From the NCBI GenBank assembly GCA_024626585.2, contig JANKJI020000004.1, forward strand, positions 167,612,669 to 167,633,764: a stretch of 21,096 nt of DNA, given 5' to 3'. How positions within the stretch are numbered: position 1 is the stretch's first letter; every line of letters starts with the position of its first letter. This stretch comes from Ginkgo biloba. Its lineage: Eukaryota > Plantae > Ginkgophyta. The notes beneath the pieces are model-generated. The model made no database searches and was not told the origin of the DNA. It worked only from the letters and a program-made list of their open reading frames with translations. Positions 21,021 through 21,096 of this stretch are shown here, piece by piece. The translations under genes and the position numbers were made by a program.

Positions 21021-21096
21021 ACTGGTTTATAGAATTGTCGGAGATATTAACAGGTGCCATACCCTATTTAGGAACTTGATTATTTCCCCCAAAGTT

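Larger units (their letters stand above)
8053..21096 (+). other. Probable very long TE-filled HIR intron (next exon VIRASVP... not found in window)
   Basis: GT donor at 8053. By eye I found no AG-preceded phase-1 segment encoding (V)IRASVPKL.LD..FEQK downstream, and the region is dominated by LTR retrotransposon debris. The exon could instead be hidden in an N gap, or the gene may be truncated. Confidence 0.55.
17681..21096 (-). mobile_element. Internally deleted Ty3/Gypsy (Tat/Athila-like) LTR retrotransposon, continuing beyond the window
   Basis: Minus-strand order is gag (about 21020-20350), fused RT-N/IN-C remnant (18900-18499), 3'-UTR hairpin (18246-18264), LTR-like region (about 17690-18234). 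Continuity across the 19483-19582 gap is assumed. Confidence 0.7.

Overview
AT-rich eukaryotic DNA, almost certainly land plant, from a gapped scaffold with about 14 N-runs. TE-filled long introns suggest a large-genome lineage such as a gymnosperm or fern (inference). The only host gene I can support is a + strand HIR (hypersensitive-induced response, SPFH/band-7) gene. Its ATG-containing first coding exon occurs twice: copy A at 6000-6188 and copy B at 7454-7642. Each is 63 codons, intact, has its own AG acceptor and phase-0 GT donor, and they share 51/63 aa with many synonymous differences. Only one downstream exon is present (7932-8052). The best reading is mutually exclusive or alternative N-terminal exons that change the lipid-anchor motif (MGQALCC vs MGQLCCC); including both causes a frameshift. 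The main caveat is an unsized 100-N gap between the copies. The next HIR exon is not visible in the remaining 13 kb. That region, and 1-5.4 kb, is filled with decayed, nested LTR retrotransposons: an old element at 10368-17301 with an ACTTA target-site duplication, Ty3/Gypsy gag, protease and RT/IN remnants with large internal deletions, conserved 3'-UTR hairpins, and a tRNA-derived SINE-like element. Most ORFs in the supplied track are spurious or span gaps.
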